From the NCBI GenBank assembly GCA_001794125.1, contig MGJF01000002.1, forward strand, positions 37,751-101,750: 64,000 nucleotides of DNA. Reading direction: 5' to 3'. Source of the DNA: Candidatus Yanofskybacteria bacterium RIFCSPHIGHO2_01_FULL_43_32. Its GTDB lineage: Bacteria; Patescibacteriota; Minisyncoccia; 2-02-FULL-40-12; GWA2-44-9. Made by a program: the position numbers and the translations under genes. Below, in pieces: positions 48,267-58,482 of the stretch; within the stretch, counting starts at the first letter, position 1; each line of letters starts with the position of its first letter. The notes under the pieces were generated by a model. It was given only the letters and a program-made list of their open reading frames with translations. It had not been told where the DNA came from and did not search any database.

Positions 48267-50996
48267 ATGCCATTTTTATCTAAGATATTCGGGGACGCAA
48301 ATGCCCGTTATATTAAGTCATTACAACCCACAGTTGACCGCATAAACTTACTCGAAAAGAACTTTGAGAAACTTTCGGACACACAATTAAAGGAAAAGAC
48401 CTCTGAATTCAGACAACGGCTCAACGGCTCACCGGGTGAGCCGTTGGACGATATTTTACCTGAAGCCTTTGCCGCGGTCAGGGAGGCGTCAAAACGCACA
48501 TTGGGCCAGCGTCATTTTGATGTTCAGCTGATGGGCGGGATAGCTCTGCACCGCGGGAATATCTCTGAAATGAAAACCGGAGAAGGCAAAACATTGGTCG
48601 CCACATTGGCCGCATATTTGAACGCCATTACCGGCGCCGGTGTACATGTTGTTACCGTGAACGATTATCTGTCAAGGCGCGATGCGGTTTGGATGGGACA
48701 GATTTACAATGCTCTCGGTTTGACCACGGGCTGCATCAATCACGAAGCGAGTTATTTGTACGATTTTTCTCATACCGACAAGAGCGAAGATAAAGAACGC
48801 GACACCGAAGGAAGCTTTAAAATTGTCCATGAATTTTTAAAACCGGTCACAAGACGGGAGGCATACTTGGCCGATATTACTTACGGCACGAATAATGAAT
48901 TTGGTTTTGATTATCTCCGCGACAATATGGCATATGAAGAAGCGCAGATGGCCCAGGCCAAAGGCCACAACTTCGCAATTGTTGACGAGGTGGACTCTAT
49001 TTTAATAGACGAGGCCAGAACGCCTTTGATAATTTCCGCGCCGGTTGAGGATTCCGGGAAATTATATGAAACATTTTCAAAAATCGTCCCGCGTCTTGTA
49101 GAAAACGAGGATTATAACGTAGATGAAAAATTAAAAGCTGTTTCAATAACTGAAAAAGGAATAGAAAAAGTTGAAAAGACTTTGGGGCTTACCAATATAT
49201 ATGACGAAGGCGGTACCCGGCACGTTCACCATATGGAGCAGGCCTTGAAAGCCCAGATATTGTTTAAACGCGACCGTGATTATGTCGTGAATCCGTCAGC
49301 TGACGGAGGCGAGGTAATAATTGTGGACGAATTTACAGGGCGCATGATGCCCGGCCGGAGATGGTCCGAAGGTCTGCATCAGGCCGTTGAAGCCAAAGAA
49401 GGTGTAAAAATAGAAAAAGAATCCAAGACATTGGCGACAATTACTTTTCAGAATTATTTCCGTTTGTATAAAAAGCTTTCAGGTATGACCGGAACCGCCC
49501 AATCATCCGCTGAAGAATTTCACAAGGTATATAAATTAAATTCTTTTGTTATTCCGACAAACAAGCCGATGGTCAGAAAGGACTTGCCGGACAGAATTTA
49601 TAAAACAGAAGCCGGTAAATTCAGGGCAATTGTTAGGGAAATAAAAGAAATGCACGAAAAAGGTCAGCCGGTTCTCGTGGGTACGGTTTCAATTGAGAAG
49701 AACGAATTGTTGTCGGCGATGCTTGAAAGAGAAGGTATTTCTCATAATGTTTTGAATGCTAAACAACATGAGAAGGAAGCCGAAATGCATGCTCAAGCCG
49801 GAAGGCAGGGAGCGGTTACGGTGGCTACTAATATGGCAGGAAGAGGCGTGGATATTATTCTCGGTGGAAATCCGCCTTCGGCTGATGAAGCGAGCAAAGC
49901 TCGCGAAGGCGGCGGTTTACATGTTATCGGCACTGAACGCCATGAAGCAAGGCGGATAGACGACCAGTTAAGAGGCCGCGCCGGAAGACAGGGCGACCCC
50001 GGTTCTTCAAGATTTTTTGTTTCAGTAGAGGACGAGCTGGTTAGGATATTTGGAGGAGATAAATTAAAGAATCTTATGGACCGGCTCGGCGTGGGAGAAG
50101 ATGACGTTATAGAGAACAGGTTTGTTTCAAGCGCCATTGCCCAGGCCCAAGCCAGAATCGAAGGCCATAATTTCGATATCAGGAAATATGTTCTGGAATA
50201 CGATGATGTCATGAACAAGCACCGCGAAGCGATATACCGTTTGAGAAAAGAAATTCTGTCATCCGAAAGCGCAAAAGAGATTGTTTTAGATTATCTGCGG
50301 ATTCAAATCAGGAATTTGATAAACTTTCATACCCAAGGGCACTCGGAGTGGTCTCCTGGCCGTGCTTTAGCCGGCCGAGGAACTCTGTCGGACTATAAAT
50401 GGAATACAGAAGAAATAGGGGAATCATTGAAAGCGTTATTGCCTGTCGGCGACGAAATTAGTGCTCAATTAGTTGAAACCGCCAAGACTGGAAACAAAGA
50501 CGAATTAATCGAATTTGTTATCAAAAAATCGGAGGAATTATACGAAATAAGAGAAAAAGAAATGGGCGCGGAATCCGCCGGTTGGCGGATGCGACGCCTG
50601 GAAAAGCTTGTCTTGCTCCGTACGATTGACGAATTGTGGATTGACCATATTGAATCTATGGAATATTTGCGAGATTCGGTGCGCTTGCGGGCTTACGGCC
50701 AGAGAGACCCGTTGGTTGAATATAAGATAGAAGGACAGAATATGTATAATCAGCTGATGATGTCGGTTGGAGCTCAAACGGCTAATCTTATATTTAAAGT
50801 AAGTTTTATGGAACAACCAAAGATGGCCAATATTCAGGAGAAACGGCCGGATATTGTCGGAGATTCACATAAACATCAAGAAATAACAAACGAACCGGCG
50901 CATCGAAACACGGAATCATCGGAATCTAAACTCGGCCGCAACGATCCCTGCTGGTGCGGGTCAAAAAAGAAATATAAGAAGTGCCATGGGAAATAA
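48267..50996 (+). CDS. secA: preprotein translocase ATPase SecA
   Basis: [35 protein letters not shown] Walker [20 protein letters not shown]-terminal [15 protein letters not shown] zinc finger. Confidence 0.95.
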   Translation: MPFLSKIFGDANARYIKSLQPTVDRINLLEKNFEKLSDTQLKEKTSEFRQRLNGSPGEPLDDILPEAFAAVREASKRTLGQRHFDVQLMGGIALHRGNISEMKTGEGKTLVATLAAYLNAITGAGVHVVTVNDYLSRRDAVWMGQIYNALGLTTGCINHEASYLYDFSHTDKSEDKERDTEGSFKIVHEFLKPVTRREAYLADITYGTNNEFGFDYLRDNMAYEEAQMAQAKGHNFAIVDEVDSILIDEARTPLIISAPVEDSGKLYETFSKIVPRLVENEDYNVDEKLKAVSITEKGIEKVEKTLGLTNIYDEGGTRHVHHMEQALKAQILFKRDRDYVVNPSADGGEVIIVDEFTGRMMPGRRWSEGLHQAVEAKEGVKIEKESKTLATITFQNYFRLYKKLSGMTGTAQSSAEEFHKVYKLNSFVIPTNKPMVRKDLPDRIYKTEAGKFRAIVREIKEMHEKGQPVLVGTVSIEKNELLSAMLEREGISHNVLNAKQHEKEAEMHAQAGRQGAVTVATNMAGRGVDIILGGNPPSADEASKAREGGGLHVIGTERHEARRIDDQLRGRAGRQGDPGSSRFFVSVEDELVRIFGGDKLKNLMDRLGVGEDDVIENRFVSSAIAQAQARIEGHNFDIRKYVLEYDDVMNKHREAIYRLRKEILSSESAKEIVLDYLRIQIRNLINFHTQGHSEWSPGRALAGRGTLSDYKWNTEEIGESLKALLPVGDEISAQLVETAKTGNKDELIEFVIKKSEELYEIREKEMGAESAGWRMRRLEKLVLLRTIDELWIDHIESMEYLRDSVRLRAYGQRDPLVEYKIEGQNMYNQLMMSVGAQTANLIFKVSFMEQPKMANIQEKRPDIVGDSHKHQEITNEPAHRNTESSESKLGRNDPCWCGSKKKYKKCHGK

Positions 50997-52005
50997 ACGA
51001 CAAATTATAGTTGCAGTATCAGGCGCGTTTGACCCGATTCATATCGGGCATATTCGGTTGATCAAAGAAGCCAAAAGATTAGGCGATAAGTTGGTGGTTA
51101 TTTTGAACAACGACAACTGGCTGTTAAATAAAAAGACCCAAGTTTTTATACACCAAAATGAACGCAAGGAGATATTGGAAGCGATTAAAGAAGTTGGCGA
51201 GGTGATTATCAGCAGTCATTCCGCAAATCCCAAAGACATGAGTGTTTCCAGAGAACTGTTTAAGATCAAGCCAGACATTTTTGTTAAAGGAGGCGATCGA
51301 AAAAGCAAGAAGGATATTCCCGAAGCCGAAGCGTGCAAAAAAATAGGATGCAGAATTGTTTTTAATATCGGCCATGGCGGAAATTTTAAATACAGCTCAT
51401 GGCTTTTGGCGAATTACATCAGGAGCTTAAACCGCATTAAACAAATTGATGTAAACAAAACCACGGCTAAAATAAGACAAGTCTTTAAGAAATCTAAAAC
51501 CCCGGTTTCTTTAAACATTAAATCGGCATTAAGCGAGATTATTTTGAACGTCATGAACCGGCGCCGGGCTTTCGGTTTGTTCGTTATTTTGGGCTGGCAC
51601 AATAAGTGGAATAATTTTACGGATGTTCCCGACAGCAGTCAGGATATTTATAAAAAACACCATGTAAATTTGAAGGACCTCATTAAAGAAGGCAAGCATT
51701 ACAAAATTGAATCTACCCTTGATTTTGACGGGGCAATTTTAATTGATAAAAACGGCAACATTTTAGATTCGGGAATTATCATTGAAGGTTTGCGGCCCAA
51801 AGTGATTGCCGATAAAATTAACCCCGGCAAATTTAAAGACCTTTCCCAGCAATTCGGGTTTAAGGGCAAGGTCCATTCGCGCCACCTATCGGCGATTGCC
51901 GCCTCATATATTTTCAAAGGAACAACGGTATTTACCGTTTCTGAAGAGAATGATTCTTTTCACATTTTCGAGAACGGTAAAATAGCTTACCAATACGGCA
52001 AATAA
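50986..52005 (+). CDS. HxGH nucleotidyltransferase (TagD/RfaE-domain-II-like cytidylyl/adenylyl-transferase) fused to a C-terminal diadenylate-cyclase (DAC)-like domain
   Basis: N-terminal [30 protein letters not shown] and [10 protein letters not shown] (TagD [28 protein letters not shown]; RfaE LVKGGDYK); C-terminal [14 protein letters not shown]...[12 protein letters not shown]...[21 protein letters not shown] parallels the DAC HDGAVII...GTRHRAALGISE...VSEETGxIS. Confidence 0.55.
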   Translation: MGNKRQIIVAVSGAFDPIHIGHIRLIKEAKRLGDKLVVILNNDNWLLNKKTQVFIHQNERKEILEAIKEVGEVIISSHSANPKDMSVSRELFKIKPDIFVKGGDRKSKKDIPEAEACKKIGCRIVFNIGHGGNFKYSSWLLANYIRSLNRIKQIDVNKTTAKIRQVFKKSKTPVSLNIKSALSEIILNVMNRRRAFGLFVILGWHNKWNNFTDVPDSSQDIYKKHHVNLKDLIKEGKHYKIESTLDFDGAILIDKNGNILDSGIIIEGLRPKVIADKINPGKFKDLSQQFGFKGKVHSRHLSAIAASYIFKGTTVFTVSEENDSFHIFENGKIAYQYGK

Positions 52006-53598
52006 CTAAATACCCGGCACAAGCGTAGACCCGGTCATCTCTTTCGGTTTTTCCAGCCCGAACAGGTCAAGCACCGAAGGGGCGATATCGAGCAGTGTTC
52101 CTATCGGCTTTTCTGTGGCGAGAGATTCAAGCGACTTGCCGCTGCCGTTGGCGCCCAGAAATCTTTGAGCGACGAATACGACCGGTACCGGATGCGTGGA
52201 ATGCTGGGTGTCCTCGCCTCCGGTCATCGGATCAATTAATTCTTCGGCGTTTCCGTGGTCGGCGGTGATGACCACGGCGTTATCGGGGTCTTTAACAATC
52301 GTTTCGACTATCTGTCTGATAGAGTCGTCAAGAATCTTGAGCCCCTTTACCGTCGCTTCCGTATCTCCTGTGTGGGCAATAATATCGGCATTGGCAAAAT
52401 TTATAACGAACAATTTTTTATCCTCTTCTGCCCGCGCCAGAACTTCCCGGACAATCCCGGCGGCGGACATCTCCGGATGTTCCATGTAGTTACTGCCGGT
52501 CATCTTTCTTGATTCGACTATGACCCGTTCCTCGCCTTCGTACGGGCCTATCTTTCCGCCGTTGAAGAAGTTGGAGACATGGGCTTCTTTTTCTTTTTCG
52601 GCTATCCTGTATTGCTTCCAGTCCTGTTTGCTTATCACCTCGCCGAGAATATTGGGCGTTTCAAGCGGTTCATAGGCAACGCTAACATTAAAGTCGTCGG
52701 AGTAGCGCGTCATAGTGGCTACGAAAAGATTTTGCGGCACGTTTTTTCTTTTGAATCCGGAGAAGTCCGGAGAAACGAACGAAGATACGATCTGCTTCAT
52801 TCTGTCGTTTCGGAAATTAAAGAAAACGAGCGCGTCATTGCTTCCGATGGTTGCCACCGGCCGGACTGCATCATTTTTTGTATCCACTATCACCGCCGGC
52901 TCTATTTCGTGGTCGGAAATATTTTTTGCATAATTTTGCCGGAAATAATCTTCGGGATCGGTGACAGGGGATCCTTCGCCGTCAACCATGGCGCACCAGG
53001 CCTTTTCGGTCAGCGGCCAGTTCAGGAGCCGGTCCATTCCATATACGCGTCCGATCACGGAGGCAATGCGGCCTCCGGTATCGGCTATGACATTTTTAAC
53101 TTTTGCCAAACTGATTATACCGTCTCTCGGTCCGCTGTCCTGTCCGTCGGTTATCATGTGCACGAAAATTTCTTTGAAGTTTTCTGCGGCGGCAAAACGG
53201 AGAAGCGCGAACAGGTGGTCTTCGTGGGAGTGAATGCCGCCCGGGCTTACGCATCCGATTAAGTGGAGCTTGGATCTGTTTTTCAAGCAATGCTCGACGG
53301 CGGCTTTAAAAAACGGATGTTTGAAGAACTGGCCGCTTGCGATGTTCTGATTTATTCTCGCCCAGTCCTGAACGATAATCCGTCCGGAGCCGATGGCGGA
53401 ATGGCCGACTTCGCTGTTGCCGTATTTGCCCCAAGGAAGACCGACGATAAGTCCGGAGGATACGACGGAATACGAAGGATACCCGGCCGTAAGGCTGTTT
53501 AAATATTTCATTTCCGCAGTTGTAACGGCGTTGCCCGGTCCGGAGAGATCCAATCCGAATCCGTCTAAAATTATTAGGAATACTTTTTTGAAACTCAT
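52006..53598 (-). CDS. gpmI: 2,3-bisphosphoglycerate-independent phosphoglycerate mutase
   Basis: MSFKKVFLIILDGFGL N-terminus and full-length iPGM architecture. Confidence 0.9.
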   Translation of the reverse strand: MSFKKVFLIILDGFGLDLSGPGNAVTTAEMKYLNSLTAGYPSYSVVSSGLIVGLPWGKYGNSEVGHSAIGSGRIIVQDWARINQNIASGQFFKHPFFKAAVEHCLKNRSKLHLIGCVSPGGIHSHEDHLFALLRFAAAENFKEIFVHMITDGQDSGPRDGIISLAKVKNVIADTGGRIASVIGRVYGMDRLLNWPLTEKAWCAMVDGEGSPVTDPEDYFRQNYAKNISDHEIEPAVIVDTKNDAVRPVATIGSNDALVFFNFRNDRMKQIVSSFVSPDFSGFKRKNVPQNLFVATMTRYSDDFNVSVAYEPLETPNILGEVISKQDWKQYRIAEKEKEAHVSNFFNGGKIGPYEGEERVIVESRKMTGSNYMEHPEMSAAGIVREVLARAEEDKKLFVINFANADIIAHTGDTEATVKGLKILDDSIRQIVETIVKDPDNAVVITADHGNAEELIDPMTGGEDTQHSTHPVPVVFVAQRFLGANGSGKSLESLATEKPIGTLLDIAPSVLDLFGLEKPKEMTGSTLVPGI

Positions 53599-53804
53599 AT
53601 TATTTGTCGTTCGTGTTTATTTTAACACGCAGAGCTTTGTTTTAAAATGACCAGACGACTTGTAGTCACAGGATTTTGTTTCAAATTTCTTAATAATTCT
53701 ACATAAAGGTTCATAAAAAAGAGTAGTTTGCGGTTCTTTGGATTTGAACCGATTCTTGCGTTTTTTCAATCTCAACTTATTACTTTCAGCTTCGGTACGG
53801 AGCA

Positions 53805-53813
53805 TGGTATAAT
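53805..53813 (+). promoter_or_regulatory. extended -10 promoter element TGGTATAAT, followed by GTGAGGT RBS
   Basis: 16 nt upstream of ATG 53829. Confidence 0.45.
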
Positions 53814-53828
53814 AAAAAGTGAGGTATA

Positions 53829-56222
53829 ATGCCCAAAAACTATCAACCGAATTTTTTAAAGGAGAACGATAAAAACAAAGGCGCTCTAATTAAAAAGGCG
53901 GGCCGTTATCTTATAATTCTGTTGGCGGTTTTATCAATGCTGTCTTTTGTTGCCGTGGCCGGTTCGCTTACTCCTTCCGCTTCGCCTGCCAGCACGATGA
54001 AGACATTGCAGGAGATATACGATTCCATCGCCGGAACATTTGATTCATCTTCCATTACCGCAAGCCAGAACGGTTCTCTCATCCAGGGTTTAAAATATAT
54101 TTCCAATAATCTTTTCTGGGCCTCTTCATCCGACGATATTTACAACATCAACACGGGCAACGTCGGCATCGGGACGACTTCGCCCGATTCTGTTTTGGAA
54201 GTTGCTTCCGCATCGGCTAAATTCATCCTCCGCTCTACCGGCTCCGCCGCATCCGTTTCCATTGACTTCCAGCCTGCCGGAGGAGCGTCATCCAGCAACC
54301 AAAGCAAATTTACCATCAGAGCAGGAGGCTTGGCTTCAACTCTGGGCGAGCGTCTGGAATTTCTTAACGGCAATATGACCAGCTTGATGACCATTGCAAG
54401 CTCCGGCAATATTGGTATCGGGACAACGGCGCCCGCCTCGCTTCTTACCGTTCAGGGCCGGGGAGAATTCTATGGCACGGCTTCGGCTTCTTATCTCCTG
54501 ACCGGCAACACTCTTCAAGTAGGAGGCTATTCATCTGCCGCATACTCAAGATTCGGGATAGGCGCAACAAGTGAATCTCATTACATCGCCGGGGCAAATG
54601 ACCTTTTTGTCACCGAAGACTTTGAAGTTGATGGCTCCGTCTCATTTGCCGGACCGGCATCAATATCCAATACGCTTTATGTATCCACGCTTGGGAAAAC
54701 AGGCAACGTCGGAATCGGTGTATCAAACCCAACAGCGTTGCTGACACTCAAGTCGACCGGAGCTCTCGGCTGGGACGACAGCTCGGGAACGGCGGATGTG
54801 AAATTGGTGCGTGACGGGTCTAAGCAACTGGCAATGCGAAACGGCACAAACGACCAGCAGTTCAGCGTTTATGGTACGTATACCAGCGGTACAAACTATC
54901 GCCGTTTGCGCATAAACGTAGCTAGTACGAATGTGAATATTTATTCGGAGTCTGCAACTCAAAGCGCGGCGGATATGAACATCGGCACCTTAGGCAGTTC
55001 TGTGTTGCAGTTTGTCACCAATAGCAGCAACCGATGGCATATAGATGCGAGTGGCAACTTTGAGGCAAGTACGGATAACAGCGTGGATATCGGCGCCAAT
55101 CAAGCCAACCGTCCAAAAACCGGCTATTTTGGCACGTCGCTCGGTGTCGTTTCCGGAGGCACCCTCAATACCACTTTTGAGGTCGGGGGTACCGCATCTG
55201 TATCGGGCAATGCATTCTTTGCAAGCAATGCTTCAATATCCGGGGCGCTGGAAATTGTAACCTTGAACCCGGCGGCAGCCACTCATGTCTGCCGGGATGC
55301 CGGAAATGTTTTATCAACCTGTTCCTCGGCTGCAGAATGGGCGCCGGCTTTGCCTGATAATGATATTGAAGAAGGAGATATTGTGTCAATTGACTTTGAG
55401 ACTCCTAATCCTTATGGCGACGAGCACAGCCCGTTTGTTATCAAAAAATCATCGACTTCTTACGAAGGAGGAATAATCGGCTATGTTACCGACTCTAAAT
55501 TAGGCGGTGACGGGCCTAAATTAAACGATAATTACCGTCCGGTGGCAGTAGTGGGTTATTGGCCGGTCAAAGTCAATTTAGAAAACGGCCCCATCAAAAG
55601 GGGCGACCATATCACCTCTTCTGCTACGCCTGGTGTAGGCATGAAAGCGACAACACCGGGGATGATTGTGGGCATTGCCTTGGATGAGGCGAATAATATG
55701 CCTGACGGCGCTTCGTTTGTAAAGATAAGGATATTTACCAATCTAAGCTATTGGGCACCCAGCGTGGATTCGATTCTGGATTCTGCTTCTGTTGACCCGG
55801 CGTTTGCGCTCCAAACGACAACCGGCAGCCGCTTCACCCTTTTAATGCTTTTTGGCTTCATTCTTGAACAACTCAAGCAAGTCGGAGTCATAATCCACGA
55901 TGGTCTTGTCCAGGCCAACATTATCAAAGCCAACCAGCAATTCTGCGTCGGCAACGCCTGTGTTACGGAGGACCAATTCAAACAGCTTCTTGAAAATGCC
56001 GGACTGATGCAAACAAATTCTCCGTTACCGGAGCCGATCCCTTCGCCCTCGGCAACACCAACCCCTGAAGCTATGCCGGAAGCGACTCCAGAGGAAACTC
56101 CAACCCCGACTTCTGAACCGGCTTCGGAAGAGACGCCTGTTCCCGTCCCTGAACCCGTTTCTGAACCAACTCCCGAACCAACTCCCGAACCAACTCCAGC
56201 CCCGGATTCATCCGGCCAATAA
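53829..56222 (+). CDS. large secreted/cell-surface protein with N-terminal signal-anchor, Ser/Thr/Gly/Ala-rich beta-rich body and C-terminal Pro/Thr/Glu-rich tail
   Basis: TM ILLAVLSMLSFVAVAG then the conserved module GSLTPSASPASTMKTLQEIYD...; the C-terminus has TPEPTPEPTPAP repeats. Confidence 0.55.
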   Translation: MPKNYQPNFLKENDKNKGALIKKAGRYLIILLAVLSMLSFVAVAGSLTPSASPASTMKTLQEIYDSIAGTFDSSSITASQNGSLIQGLKYISNNLFWASSSDDIYNINTGNVGIGTTSPDSVLEVASASAKFILRSTGSAASVSIDFQPAGGASSSNQSKFTIRAGGLASTLGERLEFLNGNMTSLMTIASSGNIGIGTTAPASLLTVQGRGEFYGTASASYLLTGNTLQVGGYSSAAYSRFGIGATSESHYIAGANDLFVTEDFEVDGSVSFAGPASISNTLYVSTLGKTGNVGIGVSNPTALLTLKSTGALGWDDSSGTADVKLVRDGSKQLAMRNGTNDQQFSVYGTYTSGTNYRRLRINVASTNVNIYSESATQSAADMNIGTLGSSVLQFVTNSSNRWHIDASGNFEASTDNSVDIGANQANRPKTGYFGTSLGVVSGGTLNTTFEVGGTASVSGNAFFASNASISGALEIVTLNPAAATHVCRDAGNVLSTCSSAAEWAPALPDNDIEEGDIVSIDFETPNPYGDEHSPFVIKKSSTSYEGGIIGYVTDSKLGGDGPKLNDNYRPVAVVGYWPVKVNLENGPIKRGDHITSSATPGVGMKATTPGMIVGIALDEANNMPDGASFVKIRIFTNLSYWAPSVDSILDSASVDPAFALQTTTGSRFTLLMLFGFILEQLKQVGVIIHDGLVQANIIKANQQFCVGNACVTEDQFKQLLENAGLMQTNSPLPEPIPSPSATPTPEAMPEATPEETPTPTSEPASEETPVPVPEPVSEPTPEPTPEPTPAPDSSGQ
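56163..56198 (+). repeat. 3 x 12-bp tandem repeat (gaaccaactccc) encoding (EPTP)n
   Basis: Perfect or near-perfect tandem copies in the C-terminal tail of the surface protein. Confidence 0.8.
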
Positions 56223-56225
56223 TCC

Positions 56226-56507
56226 ATGGTTAATTTCCAAACCGGCAAAATAAAGAAAATAGGAAGAGAGGCGCTGATAATTATTATCGGCATCTTTGCC
56301 GTCATATATATAATAAGAACAGTCCAGGCCGGAAGCCTGACTCCGTCGGCGTCTCCGGCTTCAACCCTGAAAACTTTGCAGGAAGTTTATGATCCTTTGG
56401 TTGGCACATCTCACGATTCTTCTTCAGTCGTTGCAGGCCAGAATGGAGATGCCCTGCAGATAATGAAATGCATAATAAGCAAACTAAATACCGGATCGTG
56501 TCCATAG
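56226..56507 (+). CDS. short ORF encoding a second copy of the N-terminal signal-anchor/GSLTPSASPAST module (possible truncated paralog or 5' part of a frameshifted gene)
   Basis: IIIIGIFAVIYII TM then GSLTPSASPASTLKTLQEVYDP...DSSSVVAGQNG paralleling residues 35-90 of the upstream protein. Confidence 0.3.
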   Translation: MVNFQTGKIKKIGREALIIIIGIFAVIYIIRTVQAGSLTPSASPASTLKTLQEVYDPLVGTSHDSSSVVAGQNGDALQIMKCIISKLNTGSCP

Positions 56508-58306
56508 TTGCTCTTCAGCGAGCGATTCTTCTGGCGGCTGTCGCGGCGTATCTTGCGACGCCTTTTGGCGCCGGAGCCTCATCCGAAGACGGCACAATAA
56601 ATTCAACGTTTAAATATGCCTGGGGAGAAAACATCGGCTGGATAAATTTCGGTACATCCGAGGGCAATGTTCATATAACCGATTCAGGGATGACCGGCTA
56701 TGCCTGGGGAGAGAATGTCGGCTGGATATCGCTTAACTGTTCCAATACAAGTTCGTGCGGCACGGTGGACTATGGCGTTTCAAATGACAGTCACGGAAAT
56801 CTTACCGGCTATGCCTGGGGCGAGAATACAGGCTGGATATCATTTGATAATGTATTTAGCAGTGTGAATATAAGCCAGACCGGGGTGTTCAGCGCTTATG
56901 CCTGGGGCGAGAATACAGGCTGGATATCATTTAACTGTTCCAATACAAGTTCGTGCGGCACGGTGGACTATGGACTCAAGACAGATTATATCCCCAGCCC
57001 GTCAGGGGGGGGAGGATTTGGTGATCCGCCATCTCCGAGCAGTACGCCGGCTCCTTCACCGACACCAGAAGAATCTCCGACCCCAAGTCCGTCGGTCTCA
57101 CCCAGTCCGGAAATAACTCCTGAACCATCAGCAGAGCCATCCGTCACGCCGCCTCCGGCCATGCCGGAAGCTCCGCCTCCCGATCAAGCCCCTCCGGCTC
57201 CGCCTACTTCTTCCGGTCCGCCATTCATATCGGTGCCGGGAATCGGCGTCTTGCCTCAAGGAGTGCAGGATGTGATAAACCAAACAGTGTTGAATGTTGT
57301 TGAGGCTGTCCAGACAGTCACTAAAGTGACCGTAGAGGTAGCCAAGGTTGTTGCCCCGGTTGTTGAAAAATCGGCGGAACCAGTCACTCAAGTTACGACT
57401 GCCACGACGGGAGTCTCAAGCGCGGTAGCGGTTGCGCCTATGGCCAACTCGGCCAGTAACGCCGGCAATATACTTGAATTCTTACGCCAGAATCTCTGGG
57501 TGGCGGTGGGTCTTAAACGCAGAAGAAAACCATGGGGCACCGTTTATAACGGGAAAACGAAACAGCCGATACCTTTTGCTAAAGTTGAACTTTTAAACCC
57601 AAGTTCCCGTCTTTTGGAATCCCAGGTCACCGATATGAACGGGCGCTATGGTTTTTTGGTCACCCCCGAGTCCACGGAACAAAAAGTCGTTGAGATCCAA
57701 ATCCAGGCCCGTAAAGAAGAATACGTTTTCCCGGCGCAAGGCATTATTCCGCCTAACGATACGATGCTATACGGCAATGTTTATGTCGGCGGCATTGCCA
57801 AAGTTGATGTTGAAGCTCTGGCGGGTTTTGATATTCCGATGAGCAAGCTTACGCCAGACAAATTATTGGATACGGCCGTTAAAAAACCGCTTGCCAAGCT
57901 CAACAACAGCATTACGATCCTGTTAAATTTCGGTTTTTATTTGGGATTGGTCATGGCGCCTCTGTCTTATATTCTGACTCCGAGCAATTTTAATCTGGCT
58001 ATACTGGCGGGTTTCTTTGTTGTAAACATCCCCCGATTCGCCGGCTTGACTCAAAGGCAATTTGGTATGGTGGTAGATTCTTCTACAAGCGTTCCGATAC
58101 CCTTTGCCTTGATAACTCTGAACGACCGCGAAGGGAAGCGGGTCGGATTTACGGTATCCGATGAGAGGGGCCGTTATTTCCTGCTCGTGCCTAAAGGACA
58201 CTATTCAATCCTGGCTTATACGCCGGCGACAATAATTCCGACCAGGACTTTCAGTCGGGAATTTAAAACCAGAAAAGGCTGGATAAAAGAAGAGCTCCGG
58301 TTATAA
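56468..58306 (+). CDS. secreted/membrane protein with 4-5 tandem ~40-aa YAWGENxGWIxF(NCSNTSSCGTVDYG) repeats, Pro-rich linker, CarboxypepD_reg-like domains and C-terminal TM helices
   Basis: Own AxA signal-peptide-like segment (AAVAAYLATPFGAGA|SS); repeats visible in protein and DNA. Confidence 0.5.
   Translation: MHNKQTKYRIVSIVALQRAILLAAVAAYLATPFGAGASSEDGTINSTFKYAWGENIGWINFGTSEGNVHITDSGMTGYAWGENVGWISLNCSNTSSCGTVDYGVSNDSHGNLTGYAWGENTGWISFDNVFSSVNISQTGVFSAYAWGENTGWISFNCSNTSSCGTVDYGLKTDYIPSPSGGGGFGDPPSPSSTPAPSPTPEESPTPSPSVSPSPEITPEPSAEPSVTPPPAMPEAPPPDQAPPAPPTSSGPPFISVPGIGVLPQGVQDVINQTVLNVVEAVQTVTKVTVEVAKVVAPVVEKSAEPVTQVTTATTGVSSAVAVAPMANSASNAGNILEFLRQNLWVAVGLKRRRKPWGTVYNGKTKQPIPFAKVELLNPSSRLLESQVTDMNGRYGFLVTPESTEQKVVEIQIQARKEEYVFPAQGIIPPNDTMLYGNVYVGGIAKVDVEALAGFDIPMSKLTPDKLLDTAVKKPLAKLNNSITILLNFGFYLGLVMAPLSYILTPSNFNLAILAGFFVVNIPRFAGLTQRQFGMVVDSSTSVPIPFALITLNDREGKRVGFTVSDERGRYFLLVPKGHYSILAYTPATIIPTRTFSREFKTRKGWIKEELRL
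56618..56982 (+). repeat. array of degenerate ~100-bp intragenic direct repeats; two ~80-bp copies (about 56696-56776 and 56894-56982) share a long identical core (ccaatacaagttcgtgcggcacggtggactatgg)
   Basis: Direct comparison of DNA strings. Confidence 0.75.
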
Positions 58307-58350
58307 TTGGTTTGTATAATCGATAACTTTAATTTTTCAGCGCCTGAAAA

Positions 58351-58387
58351 GGCGTTTTTAATTTGACTGTTTAACTTTTTGTTGTAG
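58351..58387 (+). repeat. direct repeat copy 1 (ggcgtttttaatttgactgtttaactttttgttgtag), includes a TTGACT -35-like box
   Basis: Re-occurs at 59946-59984 with two single-T indels. Confidence 0.8.
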
Positions 58388-58482
58388 TTAAGAAAATTTT
58401 TACTTAAAATAAGTACTTGACTTGTCGTAAAATTTAGGTATTCTAAGATTCAGCAATTTACCAATTAAAACCGGAGCTGTGA

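Noticed and set aside
52196-53502. Multiple + strand ORFs (up to 227 aa) antisense to gpmI
   Set aside because: Antisense shadow ORFs in a GC-richer gene; gpmI is a full-length, motif-supported protein
53730-53760. tRNA-like T-arm-looking string ggttctttggatttgaacc
   Set aside because: No acceptor, D or anticodon arms around it and the loop is too long; it is not a tRNA
56040-56210. Short tandem repeats (gaaccaactccc) considered as a possible CRISPR-like array
   Set aside because: 12-bp units without spacers, in frame within a CDS encoding (EPTP)n; this is an ordinary coding microsatellite, not CRISPR
56226-58306. Calling 56226-56507 + 56468-58306 definitively a single frameshifted gene
   Set aside because: The downstream ORF has its own signal-peptide-like N-terminus and no sequence continuity with the paralog beyond the module, so this is left as an open alternative
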